The notes: generated from the letters alone by a model not told the origin. A DNA stretch of 64,000 bases from Candidatus Bathyarchaeota archaeon (GCA_963739305.1 CAVTZU010000024.1:10245-74244); one strand, 5' to 3'. Shown: positions 39,926 to 50,144, counted from the first letter of the stretch. Translations and numbers: made by a program.

Positions 39926-40861
39926 TCAGAATTGGCGAATGTAAGGAAGCAGATGGTTAGCCGTTGGATATTCATTGGACAGACTTATGTCCAAGTAAGC
40001 CCCGTGCAGGTTGCAGTATGGTTCTCCCTTTCTTGAGAATAACGTGAGGATTCTTCCGTCATGGCTGATCTGGAACCCTTCGCTGCATGGTTCATGCCCT
40101 CTTATCAATATCCTTACGCCAAGAGCATCAAGGACCTTTTGAGTCACATCCTTTCCGAATAGTCTTCCGGCTCCTCTTGGAGACGGGAAGACGCCTGAGC
40201 GCGCTTCCAAGGGGTCGCTCCATAACATGTCTTCAAAAAACGTTGCTTTTGGATGAGTCTCGTGGGCGTAAGCGAAGTCATCCAAAGTGCGAGCCCCCTG
40301 AGGGAGACCTCCATGCACGATCAAATACCGTCTTTCTACCGATGCTGAATTGTAGAGATACTGAAAAAGCCTTATCGTTTCTTCATAGGCCTCATGCCAT
40401 TTCTTTCCGAACTTAGTTTCGAATTGCATTGGCAAGTCATGTGGAGATGCAAGCAATTCTTTTGGACCCTCGTGGTTTCCCCGCATTAAAACGATCTGCT
40501 TCGGGTATAGAAGCTTCAGCTTGAGAATGATGTAGTAAACTTCTGCGGAAAATTCTCCTCGATCGCCGTAATCTCCCAAGAAAATCAAACATTTTGACTC
40601 GTCTTCTTTCATTCTGTGAATGATGTTGCTGTGGCTAAGGATTTGAATGAGGCTTTCGAGGTCTCCATGTATGTCCGAGACTATTACCGCTTGACCTTTT
40701 GGGTTGATTTCGACGTGTCTGCCGAAAATTCGAAAGTTGCCGAGTCTTCCGTTTTCCATTTTGAGCACTTGCCCCGCTTGTTGAATCAGTTCAACGAAGG
40801 AGTCGGCGCTAGTCTCCATTGCTTCTCTGACAATTTGCGCGAAATCGTTCTGCAAAAACAA
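39926..40861 (-). CDS. PPP-family Ser/Thr protein phosphatase
   Basis: SDIHG, LGDYGDRG, RGNHE, HGG, LWSDP, SPRGAG..FG, IRGHE. Confidence 0.9.
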   Translation of the reverse strand: MFLQNDFAQIVREAMETSADSFVELIQQAGQVLKMENGRLGNFRIFGRHVEINPKGQAVIVSDIHGDLESLIQILSHSNIIHRMKEDESKCLIFLGDYGDRGEFSAEVYYIILKLKLLYPKQIVLMRGNHEGPKELLASPHDLPMQFETKFGKKWHEAYEETIRLFQYLYNSASVERRYLIVHGGLPQGARTLDDFAYAHETHPKATFFEDMLWSDPLEARSGVFPSPRGAGRLFGKDVTQKVLDALGVRILIRGHEPCSEGFQISHDGRILTLFSRKGEPYCNLHGAYLDISLSNEYPTANHLLPYIRQF

Positions 40862-40872
40862 GTATCCTCTGT

Positions 40873-42120
40873 TTACGTGACCGTTATCTTCTTGTCCATG
40901 AAGCTCAAGACGTTTTTCTCTATTTCCCTTTTCACGTTGCGTATCTTTTCGGCTATTTCCTTGCAGTTTCTGCTGGTTGTGATCTCTTCGGTTTCGAGGA
41001 CTCCTCTCTTTCTTGTCAAGTTTTCTGAGTGTTCACAGAGCTTAGTCAGGTCTTTCTGTGTTGCTGCCACTTCTTCCGACTTCGAGAGTTGCGTTTTTCG
41101 AGTCATTGCATCCTTGCACTGCTTGTGCAGCGTGGCGAGTGAGTCGCTGTTGATGATGTTATTGATGGCCTGCTCGGCTTTGCGGGCTTTTTCAGGTTTC
41201 AGTTTCAACTTGTCTTCAACAATGTTTCGGTGCAGTTTTTCGAATATTTGTTTTAGCAGGGGGTAGCCTGTCTCCTCTGTAGATAATGCTTCGAAGGGGT
41301 TTTCTAGGTATTGTGCAAGTTTTGTGTATTCTTCGGGGGTTAAGCCGCTTCCTGAACCGTGGGTGGCTAGAGCCTGAAGTTTGATGAATGGTTTCTGGAG
41401 GTATTGCAGTCTGTGCTTTACTTCTGCAGCCAATGTTTCTATTTCGTTTCCGGTTTGACTCAGTTGACCTATCTCGCCCATCGTTTTCAGGTCTACGATT
41501 CTATTTGCTGTCTCAGCAATCGCCTTTTGGATAGTGGATATCTCGTTTTCAACTCCTAGTTTAGCCGTGCTGAGTTCTGCGAGCTGTCTTTCGAGTGTCG
41601 AAAGCTCGTCGATAAGTTGGTAGGTCTCTTCAAGAGTCTTTGTTTTCACGTATTCTTTGGTCTGAAAGTTTTCCAAGTCTCTTTGAACGAGTTTTGCTTT
41701 TTCGAAGACTGCTTGGAACTTTCGCCTGTCCAGTATAAAGAACGGTGAGATTCGAGGGAAATACACTCTGATGTCCATGTCGATGAGTGTGAACGCTTTC
41801 TGCGTTTCCTGAACTAGCGTAGAAAAGTTTTCGTAGGTTACTTTTTCAGGGGTGTTGAGCTGACGTATCCTGTCGGTCCAGAGTTTGGCGAGTTTGTTGA
41901 GGGCTCTCGCGCGCTTGTATGTCTTCATATTTCTCTTGTCGATTTCTTTCCCGCTGTTGTCCAATAGCATCTTGGATGTTTCGGCGAGGTTGTTGATGGA
42001 TTTGCCCATTTCCTCGACTTGCTTCTTAGCTTTCGTGTGGATCGGGTTGAACAACGAGCCTGTCTCGCGTTCTAGCCAAACCTTGACTTCCTTGGAGGAG
42101 AACTTCTGGGGTTCGGACAA
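40873..42120 (-). CDS. Long coiled-coil hypothetical protein
   Basis: 415 aa K/E/L heptad-rich, no catalytic motif; co-oriented with phosphatase. Confidence 0.75.
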   Translation of the reverse strand: MSEPQKFSSKEVKVWLERETGSLFNPIHTKAKKQVEEMGKSINNLAETSKMLLDNSGKEIDKRNMKTYKRARALNKLAKLWTDRIRQLNTPEKVTYENFSTLVQETQKAFTLIDMDIRVYFPRISPFFILDRRKFQAVFEKAKLVQRDLENFQTKEYVKTKTLEETYQLIDELSTLERQLAELSTAKLGVENEISTIQKAIAETANRIVDLKTMGEIGQLSQTGNEIETLAAEVKHRLQYLQKPFIKLQALATHGSGSGLTPEEYTKLAQYLENPFEALSTEETGYPLLKQIFEKLHRNIVEDKLKLKPEKARKAEQAINNIINSDSLATLHKQCKDAMTRKTQLSKSEEVAATQKDLTKLCEHSENLTRKRGVLETEEITTSRNCKEIAEKIRNVKREIEKNVLSFMDKKITVT

Positions 42121-42255
42121 GCTTTTTTCCCACTAGCTGTTATACGTCTGCAATATTTATGCTTCGAGCTTGCAGAGGGGAACGCATCCTTGAGTAGCTA
42201 CTCTTAAATAATGACCGAGCTGTATCATCGATAACTTGGTTCAGGTGAAGAAGAG

Positions 42256-42873
42256 ATGAATGCGAAGAAAACCGCGTTCGTTGCCATTCTGAGCGCTCTT
42301 GGAATAACTCTTTCGTTGATCTCGCTAAACGTTGCTCCCTTCCTCGGTTCTGGGCAAGGAGGTGCAGCACTTGACCTCTCCCATATAGCAACGTTCGTAG
42401 CTGCTTTTTTCGGTGGACCTCTTATTGGCGCATTAGTTGGATTCCTGAGTGGCATCTACGCGGGTTACTATTTCGGCTATGTCATGGGCAGCTTGGGTCT
42501 GCTTTCGGTGATAGGAGTACCCCTTGGTAAAGCCATGACTGGATTACTAGCGGGTTTCCTCTACAAGAAAACGGGCCTAAGTAGCGGTGCCAGACGCTCT
42601 ATTTGGGCTCTGCCGCTGACACTGTTTTCGTACATCCCTGAATCCATCTATACGGTCTTCTACTTCTTGTTCATTGTGACACTCTTAGGCACGCCTGCGA
42701 TGGCGTTTATGATCCCATTGGTTATTCCGAAGGCATGGATAGAGATAACGGTTATGAGTCTGCTGATGGGTGCACTCGCCGGAAACTCTGGGTTCAGGCA
42801 GTTCATGAACAGGTTCTTCTATGTTTGGCCGCAGAAGAACGTGCCTAGCAAAGAGGACAAGATTGTTCAATGA
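42256..42873 (+). CDS. ECF transporter S-component, substrate unknown
   Basis: About 6 TM, AxxxA in TM1 (AILSAL), FFGGPLIGALVG. Confidence 0.72.
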   Translation: MNAKKTAFVAILSALGITLSLISLNVAPFLGSGQGGAALDLSHIATFVAAFFGGPLIGALVGFLSGIYAGYYFGYVMGSLGLLSVIGVPLGKAMTGLLAGFLYKKTGLSSGARRSIWALPLTLFSYIPESIYTVFYFLFIVTLLGTPAMAFMIPLVIPKAWIEITVMSLLMGALAGNSGFRQFMNRFFYVWPQKNVPSKEDKIVQ

Positions 42874-43838
42874 TTGTGGATGTCAAATGACTCCTTTAGC
42901 ATCTTGACATTGATTTGACCGCTTCTGAATGTTCGTCCAGTCTTAACGTCGTTGACTACTACCACTGCAGGGGCAAACAGGTCAGAACTTATCTTATAGA
43001 AATCACAGTTTGCCTCTTGGAAAATATCAAGGAATGGTCTGCCATATGATTCTGATGCGCCCGAAGGCGCTTTTTCCACTATTCTAGCAAGTCGTTCCTG
43101 ATCGTTGCTTTCAACCGTGCACCAGAATGTTCCGCCATACAGAATCGCATCGTTTGTTCTTCCCATCATGTTGCTTAGCTTCGTATGCAGTGGAGGAATA
43201 GGCGCGCTCCCCCATGCGTGCAGAATCTCGTTGGGGTCCAACCCCAGCTTTCTGAGCTTGTGTGTTCCTTCTTCTGCGATTCTTCCTGAGATTTGAGTGG
43301 CTCCAGCAAGGCTGTTTGTTGGCGTTAATACGATTGTCAGCTTCTCTGGTTGGATCCCGCAGTCTTTGCTGATCCGGTCGACTACCTCCGGTGGCGGAAA
43401 TTCTCCGGTTTCTAATGACACGATCGCTTTGTCGGATTTGTCTTTGTACCCGATTTCCTCGTAGATTCTCTTTGGCTTCAGAGCCAACGCTCTTGCGGGT
43501 CCGGACCCTATCGCAGAGTAGTTGCCTTCAGTTATGTGCCAGCCTGCAAGCTGTGAGCCTAGTGTTGCGATTGCCGGATGGTCTGTATAGACAAGGATGG
43601 TTGGAAGCAGGAGGTCTCCGTATGTGGCGGAGGTGATTTCAGCCTTTCCGAGGCCCCCCATACAGATTTCGGTTATAAGTCGGCCGGCTTGAAAACCGCC
43701 TTCCGAGTCTATTCCTGCGTCTATTATTGTGGCCCCGTGGGCAGTTTTTTTCACTTTCACGGCGTATCGGTCGGGATCGTTTATCATTTCTTCCGATAGC
43801 TGCAATGCAAGATCGTTTATGCTTGGGTTATACTTCAA
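42867..43838 (-). CDS. mch: Methenyltetrahydromethanopterin cyclohydrolase
   Basis: EICMGGLG, LGSQLAGW, GSGPARALA, MGRTNDAILYGG, LFAPA. Confidence 0.95.
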   Translation of the reverse strand: MKYNPSINDLALQLSEEMINDPDRYAVKVKKTAHGATIIDAGIDSEGGFQAGRLITEICMGGLGKAEITSATYGDLLLPTILVYTDHPAIATLGSQLAGWHITEGNYSAIGSGPARALALKPKRIYEEIGYKDKSDKAIVSLETGEFPPPEVVDRISKDCGIQPEKLTIVLTPTNSLAGATQISGRIAEEGTHKLRKLGLDPNEILHAWGSAPIPPLHTKLSNMMGRTNDAILYGGTFWCTVESNDQERLARIVEKAPSGASESYGRPFLDIFQEANCDFYKISSDLFAPAVVVVNDVKTGRTFRSGQINVKMLKESFDIHNH

Positions 43839-43851
43839 ATTCTTGGTTTCC

Positions 43852-44676
43852 TCACAGGAACTTTTCGCGATAGCTTAACTGAGGATTCCTTTTCTTGGAA
43901 ACATAAAGTTTGCCATTTCCGCATTCGGCGAGGTCTCCTAGAAAAAGATAGAAGGGTCCTTGAGCTATGTCGTTTTCTTCGATTTTGACCCTTGGTTTGA
44001 TGCTGTCTATCGTGAAAGTTGGCAAGACGGACTGCAGCGTCCCATCGACGACGATTTTGCCATCAACCATGCAAGCTCCTGCTCTTTCGTCACAGTCACC
44101 TCGTACGTGAATCGCGCCGTCTTGCATGCGGAGACCGAGGAACTGCCCTGAATTTCCGTAAATATTGATGATTCCTTTCTTCATTCGGGCGCCTGCTTCG
44201 TTTCCAGCGTTTCCGTAGACTGTTATTTTTCCTCCGTGCATGCCTTTTGTGCTTCCTCGATATGGCGCCGCCAAGTAGTCTCCTGTGTTTCCATGGATTT
44301 CGATGGTTCCTCCCTTCATCATGGAACCAGTCCAAGCTTCGGCGTTTCCGTGAACTGTGATTTTGCCGTTTTTCATTTCTTCGCCGAGGTGCATCCCAGC
44401 GTTTCCCTTGATTGTGATTTCTCCAGTTTGCAGGTGTGATCCGATTCTTCGGACTTCGCTGACGTCGCCGATGATTTCTATTGCGACGCTGCTTTGAGAT
44501 TCAGGGTCTTTTGTTTCTTTGATTTTGAACAGGTCGCTGAGCTTTCTGTGTTTGTTGCCTTCCCAAACGGTTAGTTCACTTATTTCATTGGTCGTTTTGT
44601 TTTGGAAAACGTCTGGGCTTATGCAATCGGCGACAACTGGAAACGTGAACGTTTTGGTGGGTTGAAGCGTTATCAA
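43852..44676 (-). CDS. fwdC: Formylmethanofuran dehydrogenase subunit C
   Basis: ISPD, GXXM repeats (GEEMKNG, GSMMKGG), LPTF. Confidence 0.95.
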   Translation of the reverse strand: MITLQPTKTFTFPVVADCISPDVFQNKTTNEISELTVWEGNKHRKLSDLFKIKETKDPESQSSVAIEIIGDVSEVRRIGSHLQTGEITIKGNAGMHLGEEMKNGKITVHGNAEAWTGSMMKGGTIEIHGNTGDYLAAPYRGSTKGMHGGKITVYGNAGNEAGARMKKGIINIYGNSGQFLGLRMQDGAIHVRGDCDERAGACMVDGKIVVDGTLQSVLPTFTIDSIKPRVKIEENDIAQGPFYLFLGDLAECGNGKLYVSKKRNPQLSYREKFL

Positions 44677-46368
44677 CTAGACCTTTGCCTCCACACGAAT
44701 TGGCATTGAAGCCTTCAGACCTTCAGCGGAGACGGGATAGTTTTCAAACTCTACGGTCCAGTATTCCTTGAATCTCTTCTTGAAGTCCTCGGTCACTTCG
44801 GCGGGGTGAGAGACTTCTATGTCAGCCCACATCGTGGTGCCGTTGACGCTCTTGATGATTTCGCCGTTTTGTGAAACGATTTCTCCGCTTTTGATCGTGT
44901 AGGCTGCTTGCTTGAAGGCTCTTCTTGCGGTCTTGTATTTTCTGGACGGATCGGTCTTTTCAGGATTAAAGTTGTAGATGGCTATGTCAGCGTCTGCGCC
45001 TAAGCCGAGATGTCCTTTGTTCTTGAGTCCCAGGGCCTTGGCTTGTCCTGCCCGCGTCACAATCGCGATTTCGTAGAAGCTCAATTCACGATCTATCGAT
45101 GGGAGGAGGCTTCGACTTCTTGCGCGAGAATTGATCCTTTTCAAGCTTGCCTCTCTTGCTTTTCGGCTTAGTAGCCAAGCAATTATCTTCGGGTAAGATG
45201 TGAATGGACCGGCGTTGGGATGATCCGTGGTCATGAAGATTTTCCATGGATCTTTGATCAGAAGGGCGAGTTCTAATCCGATTGACCATTGGACTGCGTG
45301 GACATAGCTCTTTCGTCGGTAACGGAAGGGAACGATGCCCGCGCTTGTTTCGGTTTCTACGTCGTGGTTCACCCACTTGTTTCCTGTCAGCCCGTAAAGG
45401 TCGTACTGAAATGGACCGTCTGCTGTCATCGTGGTTGTGTCGGTGAATATTATTTGGCCCATGTCGGTCGTAACGTGGGTGTGGTTGTTGATGTATTTGG
45501 CGATTTCTTCGGCGCCAGATTGCATGGTTCTCCAGTCGTCGCCCTTGAAGGCTGAAAACTGGCAGTGTGTCACATGTATTGCAGGCTTGTTTTCTGCGGC
45601 GAGGTTTTCGACGCACTTCATAGTTTCCAGTGCGGTGAGGTAGTTGTCAGGTTTTCCCAAGTTGTTTGTGTGGAGGTGGATCGTGTGGGGCAGTCTCAGC
45701 AAGGTGTTCACCTTGCACAATCCGCGCACGATCTCCCGTGGAGTTATGCAGAAATGGGGGACTTGATCGTCGAGGTTTTTGACATTATGTCCGAATCCCC
45801 ATGCTTCAAGTCCGCCTGGGTTAACGACTTTTATGGCGTATCCCTTCGTTGAGTCCATGAGCCAAGCAATGTGTCTTGCGCATTCTTCGATGTCGTCTTG
45901 CGCCAAGTATTCAAGCACGAACCACCAGTCGCCGAGAAGCGGGTAGGAAGCTTTGTCGACCATCGGGGTGTCGTTCAACTCTTCATGCGTGTGCTTCGCT
46001 TCAAGAGGAGACATCGACGGGTTCATTACAGTCGTGTATCCCATCCGGGAGTATCGATAACCCGTTGTGAATGTCGAAGGAATAGAACGCCCCACTCCAG
46101 ACCGGGTTAACGGTGTTCTTGATTCAAAATCCTTGAAGTGATCTTCTGGTCTCAACAGTCTGCCAGAATTTACCTCTCCACCCGCTATGTGCGTGTGGAT
46201 GTCGACTCCCCCGGGCATGACTGCCATTCCTGAAGCATCTATGATGCGTGCCTTGTGCTCGTCAACTCTGTCGACGATTTTTCCTTCTTTCACTGCTATG
46301 TCCATTTTTTGCCCGTTGATGCCATTCAGAGGATCGTAGACGTAACCGTTTTTCACTAACAGTTCCGT
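44677..46368 (-). CDS. fwdA: Formylmethanofuran dehydrogenase subunit A
   Basis: PGGVDIHTHIAG, KVVNPGG, HLHTNNLG, TTDHPNAG; start ACG 46368 or GTG 46356. Confidence 0.96.
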   Translation of the reverse strand, partial: TELLVKNGYVYDPLNGINGQKMDIAVKEGKIVDRVDEHKARIIDASGMAVMPGGVDIHTHIAGGEVNSGRLLRPEDHFKDFESRTPLTRSGVGRSIPSTFTTGYRYSRMGYTTVMNPSMSPLEAKHTHEELNDTPMVDKASYPLLGDWWFVLEYLAQDDIEECARHIAWLMDSTKGYAIKVVNPGGLEAWGFGHNVKNLDDQVPHFCITPREIVRGLCKVNTLLRLPHTIHLHTNNLGKPDNYLTALETMKCVENLAAENKPAIHVTHCQFSAFKGDDWRTMQSGAEEIAKYINNHTHVTTDMGQIIFTDTTTMTADGPFQYDLYGLTGNKWVNHDVETETSAGIVPFRYRRKSYVHAVQWSIGLELALLIKDPWKIFMTTDHPNAGPFTSYPKIIAWLLSRKAREASLKRINSRARSRSLLPSIDRELSFYEIAIVTRAGQAKALGLKNKGHLGLGADADIAIYNFNPEKTDPSRKYKTARRAFKQAAYTIKSGEIVSQNGEIIKSVNGTTMWADIEVSHPAEVTEDFKKRFKEYWTVEFENYPVSAEGLKASMPIRVEAKV

Positions 46369-47820
46369 TTACTGTTCCTCCTCTACGGCTGTCCTGATTT
46401 TCCGGACTTCTTGGAGAATTCTTTTCAGGATTTCCTCGTCTGATTGAATTTCAGCGGGTGGATCAGTGATTTTCTTTAGGAAAAGTGGAACGTGATCCAT
46501 ACGGTAAGCAGTGCCGGCGGTTTCTATCCCTACGAAGGCTGATGGAAAAACGACATCGGCCATCTGGCTTGTCGCGTTCATGTGAGGGTCTATCGCGATA
46601 AGCGGATTATTCACAAGGTGCTCTGTTGCGGGTTTCGGGAAGTTTGCAACTGGGTCCGAGGCGACAACCAGTGCCGCGTCGGTTTCTTTCCGCAGCAGCA
46701 CGTCCACGGCCGAGGTTTCTCCGGGGTTGTAGCGCGGATAACCGAGGGAGAAATCAATTGCGAACGGATAACCTGTTTGCCAAGTGAAGACCGTGTCAGC
46801 GCCTGTCACGTTGAAGTGTCCTCGCATAGGCATTATGACGAATTTTGTTCGCGTGTTCAGGTCTTTTGCAAGAGAGATTGCAGCGTCGACGTTTCGGACC
46901 TTTCCTTTGCTCATTGTGAGACCGAGCCCGAAGAAGATTACTCCGAAGCTGCACTGAATCATTGCATCAGCAACTTCTTCGAGGAATTCTACGGGCACTC
47001 CGGCTACTTTGTCGACCTCGAGTTCCTGATCCCTAACTAGGCCTCTCAAGGCTTCGAAAAGTTCGTAGTCCTTGTTAGGTTCTATTTGTATGAAGTAGTC
47101 TGCAGCCTCCGCAGTTCGGGTTTTTCTAACGTCTACGACGATGAGTTTTCTGCCACCTTTCAGAATTGCTGGGCAGGGTCCCTTTTCATTCGGCAGCGTC
47201 TCGATCTTCTGCGCCTGTTGTATTCTTCGCAGCGTGCTGTCCACTTTCTTCTTGGCGGCAAAGGCCTTGGTTTTGGTTACGTAGTCCTTCCATTCGCTCT
47301 TCTCAAATTTCCCTTCTGAAAAACTCGTGTACCGCTCAATGTGGCGTGGATGCGAGCTCCAAGGGTTGCTTCCCCAGTAAATAATCAAGTCCGCGCGGTG
47401 TCTGATCTGACCAAGTGTGCACGACGGCAGTCCAACGTCTTGGACGCCCAGCTCTGACGGCCCGTGACACACGGTTGAAGTGTTGTCGAGTACTCCTCCT
47501 AGTTGTTCAGCTAGCTCGACGCCTGTGCGAATGGCTTCGCAGCTCGTGTTGCTCCAGCCGTATAGCAATGGGTAGCTTGCTTCTACGAGTATTCTGGCAG
47601 CTTTTGCAACTGCTTCGTCAATTGAAACTGGAACGTGCTTGCCGTTCTTTTTGATGAGGGGTTTCAGAGGTCTGTGACCGGGGTTGTAGCTGAGGAATTT
47701 TGCTTCGCTCATTGAGCAGCCGTTCTTGACTTTTACTATTGCTCCGTTTTCTACCGTGAGTTCTATATCGTCGCATAGGCATCCGCATATTGGGCAAGTC
47801 GCGGCTTTGACCACTGGCAC
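46369..47820 (-). CDS. fwdB: Formylmethanofuran dehydrogenase subunit B (Mo/W-bisPGD)
   Basis: CPICGCLCDD, VCHGP (Cys ligand), HPRH, MRGHFNV, YRMD. Confidence 0.95.
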   Translation of the reverse strand: MPVVKAATCPICGCLCDDIELTVENGAIVKVKNGCSMSEAKFLSYNPGHRPLKPLIKKNGKHVPVSIDEAVAKAARILVEASYPLLYGWSNTSCEAIRTGVELAEQLGGVLDNTSTVCHGPSELGVQDVGLPSCTLGQIRHRADLIIYWGSNPWSSHPRHIERYTSFSEGKFEKSEWKDYVTKTKAFAAKKKVDSTLRRIQQAQKIETLPNEKGPCPAILKGGRKLIVVDVRKTRTAEAADYFIQIEPNKDYELFEALRGLVRDQELEVDKVAGVPVEFLEEVADAMIQCSFGVIFFGLGLTMSKGKVRNVDAAISLAKDLNTRTKFVIMPMRGHFNVTGADTVFTWQTGYPFAIDFSLGYPRYNPGETSAVDVLLRKETDAALVVASDPVANFPKPATEHLVNNPLIAIDPHMNATSQMADVVFPSAFVGIETAGTAYRMDHVPLFLKKITDPPAEIQSDEEILKRILQEVRKIRTAVEEEQ

Positions 47821-47821
47821 T

Positions 47822-48232
47822 TCACGCATCTCCGAATTCTTTTGTAAGAAGTTCTTTCAAGCTGAGTACCCGCTCGTTCGGCGCTGGCTCGATTTCGGCG
47901 GGTATTCCTTTCAGAGAGGGCATTCCGATGCTGTCGGTGGAAGGGTCAACGATCATGTTTGCCCATGGTCCATACGGAATGAAGATTATGCCCTTGTGTG
48001 GTCCTCTGGGCGATTCTATTGCGGTTAGGACAACTGAGCCAGCTGGGGTTGATACGCGCACGTTTGTGTTTTCTTTTATTCCAGATGCTTTGAGGTCCCC
48101 CGGGTCTATGAAGCACAGGGAAACACTCTGCATGTATTCCTTCGAGGATTTTCCAGATTCTCTTGCGACACCTTGCTCGATGGTGCGACCGGTCAGCAAA
48201 ATCACGTGCAGTCTTTGGTTTATAGCCATCAA
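47822..48232 (-). CDS. fwdD: Formylmethanofuran dehydrogenase subunit D
   Basis: LTGRTIEQG, IFIPYGPWAN, GMPSLKG. Confidence 0.94.
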   Translation of the reverse strand: MMAINQRLHVILLTGRTIEQGVARESGKSSKEYMQSVSLCFIDPGDLKASGIKENTNVRVSTPAGSVVLTAIESPRGPHKGIIFIPYGPWANMIVDPSTDSIGMPSLKGIPAEIEPAPNERVLSLKELLTKEFGDA

Positions 48233-48407
48233 ACATTCACACTTTAACAGCAGTAAGTCTGAGTTTCCAGAATCACTGTAAGACTTGAACGTGCTTTTTA
48301 ATCTAACTCGTTTTGGGAGCGCTCCTTAACATACGGATTTATGGCTGAGAACAACTAGAGTCTGGACAAAGAACTGGTCTTCTCATCCTGCGAAGGCCGG
48401 ACCCAGC

Positions 48408-49352
48408 CTATGGTCTGTAGCCTTCAAGGACGCATACGGCCAATGCTGCCGCTATCACGTCTGCGGTTGTGCCCGGGTTCAGAAGATTGCTCTGTTTCCT
48501 GAGTTCCTGATCAAACTTGTCCAAGGCTCTTCGGCCAGAAGAGGTCTCGACCCCGCCTAGTTTCACAATCCGTTCCGCCTTTGACGACACTTCACGAGCC
48601 TTTTGAACAGTTGTCTTTCTGGCTATGAACGTGTCTGGAACAACGGCAAGAACTTCAAGGAAACTTTGAAGGATTGCTGTGCTCGGATCGGGGATTTTCT
48701 TCAGGTGTTTGGACAAGGAAGGATAGGCAACATCGAAGGTGACGTGAAAGTCGTTAACGTACTCTGAGCAGATTGTGTCGTATTTTTCAGCTATTTTGAA
48801 GACGTTATACAATGATATGTTCCCATCTGCTATTCTTTTCCTCGACGCAGGGTCATTCACATCGAGATCGGGAGCTTTGCCTAGTCCACTCGGGTTGGCG
48901 ATCGTGATGGCATCATAGACGTCTAAAGCATCTTGCGCAGTTGTGGATTCGGTTATGAGTCTCAAGTTCCTTCTTAAAGAAGGAACGCTGAACCTTCCCT
49001 TATACAAAGTCATTCCAGCTGCGGGCGCCATCGGTGACTGGAGAATTACGGTGCCTAGGAGAGTGTTGCCGCCATGCTGCCACGCGGTTATTTCGGCTAT
49101 ACAATCCTTAATGATCTTTCCGACGCCGACTTTCGCGACGTCAATTTTCCCTTCAGAGACCTCGATTCCGCGCTGAACTCCCAATTCTAAGGAAGGAGTT
49201 GCTGCCACCGCCGAAGCCAGAAAATGCTCGTATCGTGTGGTTTCAAAGTCGGTGACGACGTTGACATTTCCTGGCTTATGAGCACTTGCTTCAAGCAGAA
49301 TTGCCAACTCTAAGCATCGTGAAATATCCTTCGGGCTTGCCAAAGAGGTCAT
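48408..49352 (-). CDS. citG: CitG-family triphosphoribosyl-dephospho-CoA synthase homolog (Orf7-like)
   Basis: LEASAHKPGNV, NTLLG, PDTFIARK, NPGTTAD. Confidence 0.88.
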   Translation of the reverse strand: MTSLASPKDISRCLELAILLEASAHKPGNVNVVTDFETTRYEHFLASAVAATPSLELGVQRGIEVSEGKIDVAKVGVGKIIKDCIAEITAWQHGGNTLLGTVILQSPMAPAAGMTLYKGRFSVPSLRRNLRLITESTTAQDALDVYDAITIANPSGLGKAPDLDVNDPASRKRIADGNISLYNVFKIAEKYDTICSEYVNDFHVTFDVAYPSLSKHLKKIPDPSTAILQSFLEVLAVVPDTFIARKTTVQKAREVSSKAERIVKLGGVETSSGRRALDKFDQELRKQSNLLNPGTTADVIAAALAVCVLEGYRP

Positions 49353-49451
49353 TCTGTGTTATCCCTTGAGCTGGAACTCTAGCTTGGAAACTTTTATTAA
49401 CGTTGTGTAAAAGACTACACAGGAAGTCAATAATCTACACAAGGTATCTCC

Positions 49452-50144
49452 GTGAGAATAACTACCACCAAAATCGCGTTGATCGCTGTTTTCGGCGCTT
49501 TGCAAACCTTGCTTAGTCTTCTTCCTTATACGATAACGATAGGCGTTTCGGGTCAGATAACGCTTGGAGTCATAGGCGGACCGTTGATAGGAATTGTAAT
49601 GGGGCCGTTTTTTGGGGGATTAGCCGTTCTCATCGGATCTCTCGCGGGGATTTTTCTGAACCCGTCTGGAGCTATTTTCGGAGTGTTAACGGTTCTTCCG
49701 CCCACTGTCGGGGCATTGGCAGCAGGGTTCACGAAGCTTCGGCAGGGATACGTCGCAGGAGCAGTCATTCTTCTTGGCTTATTCATCTTCTACGCCAACC
49801 CCGTGGGCAGAGAAGTCTTTGCTATCACGTGGTTCGACATCTTTGGCATGATGGTTGCTTTCTCGTCAATCTTCTACGTCAAGAAAACGACCTTCAGTTC
49901 CGTTGGAGCCCTTAGACCTGTGGTTGGTATTGCGGTCGGAGCGTTAGTCGGCGTTCTTGCTGATCATATGACGGGAAATGCTATAGCCGTGTGGTATCTC
50001 CCGCCGTTTCAACCGTCAATGTGGTACTTTGCCATGTTCGTTTATCCCTTTGAAAGAATAGTCGCGTTCCTTCTAACTGTGACTATCGCGGTTCCTGTTT
50101 ACTTCGGTATCAAGACATCCGGAATGGCCGAACAACTAAAATAA
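49452..50144 (+). CDS. ECF transporter S-component-like membrane protein
   Basis: TTKIALIAVFGAL, GIVMGPFFG, ADH, YPFER; 6-7 TM. Confidence 0.68.
   Translation: MRITTTKIALIAVFGALQTLLSLLPYTITIGVSGQITLGVIGGPLIGIVMGPFFGGLAVLIGSLAGIFLNPSGAIFGVLTVLPPTVGALAAGFTKLRQGYVAGAVILLGLFIFYANPVGREVFAITWFDIFGMMVAFSSIFYVKKTTFSSVGALRPVVGIAVGALVGVLADHMTGNAIAVWYLPPFQPSMWYFAMFVYPFERIVAFLLTVTIAVPVYFGIKTSGMAEQLK

Noticed and set aside
47455-47480. Selenocysteine in FwdB
   Set aside because: Ligand codon is Cys (VCHGP); no in-frame TGA
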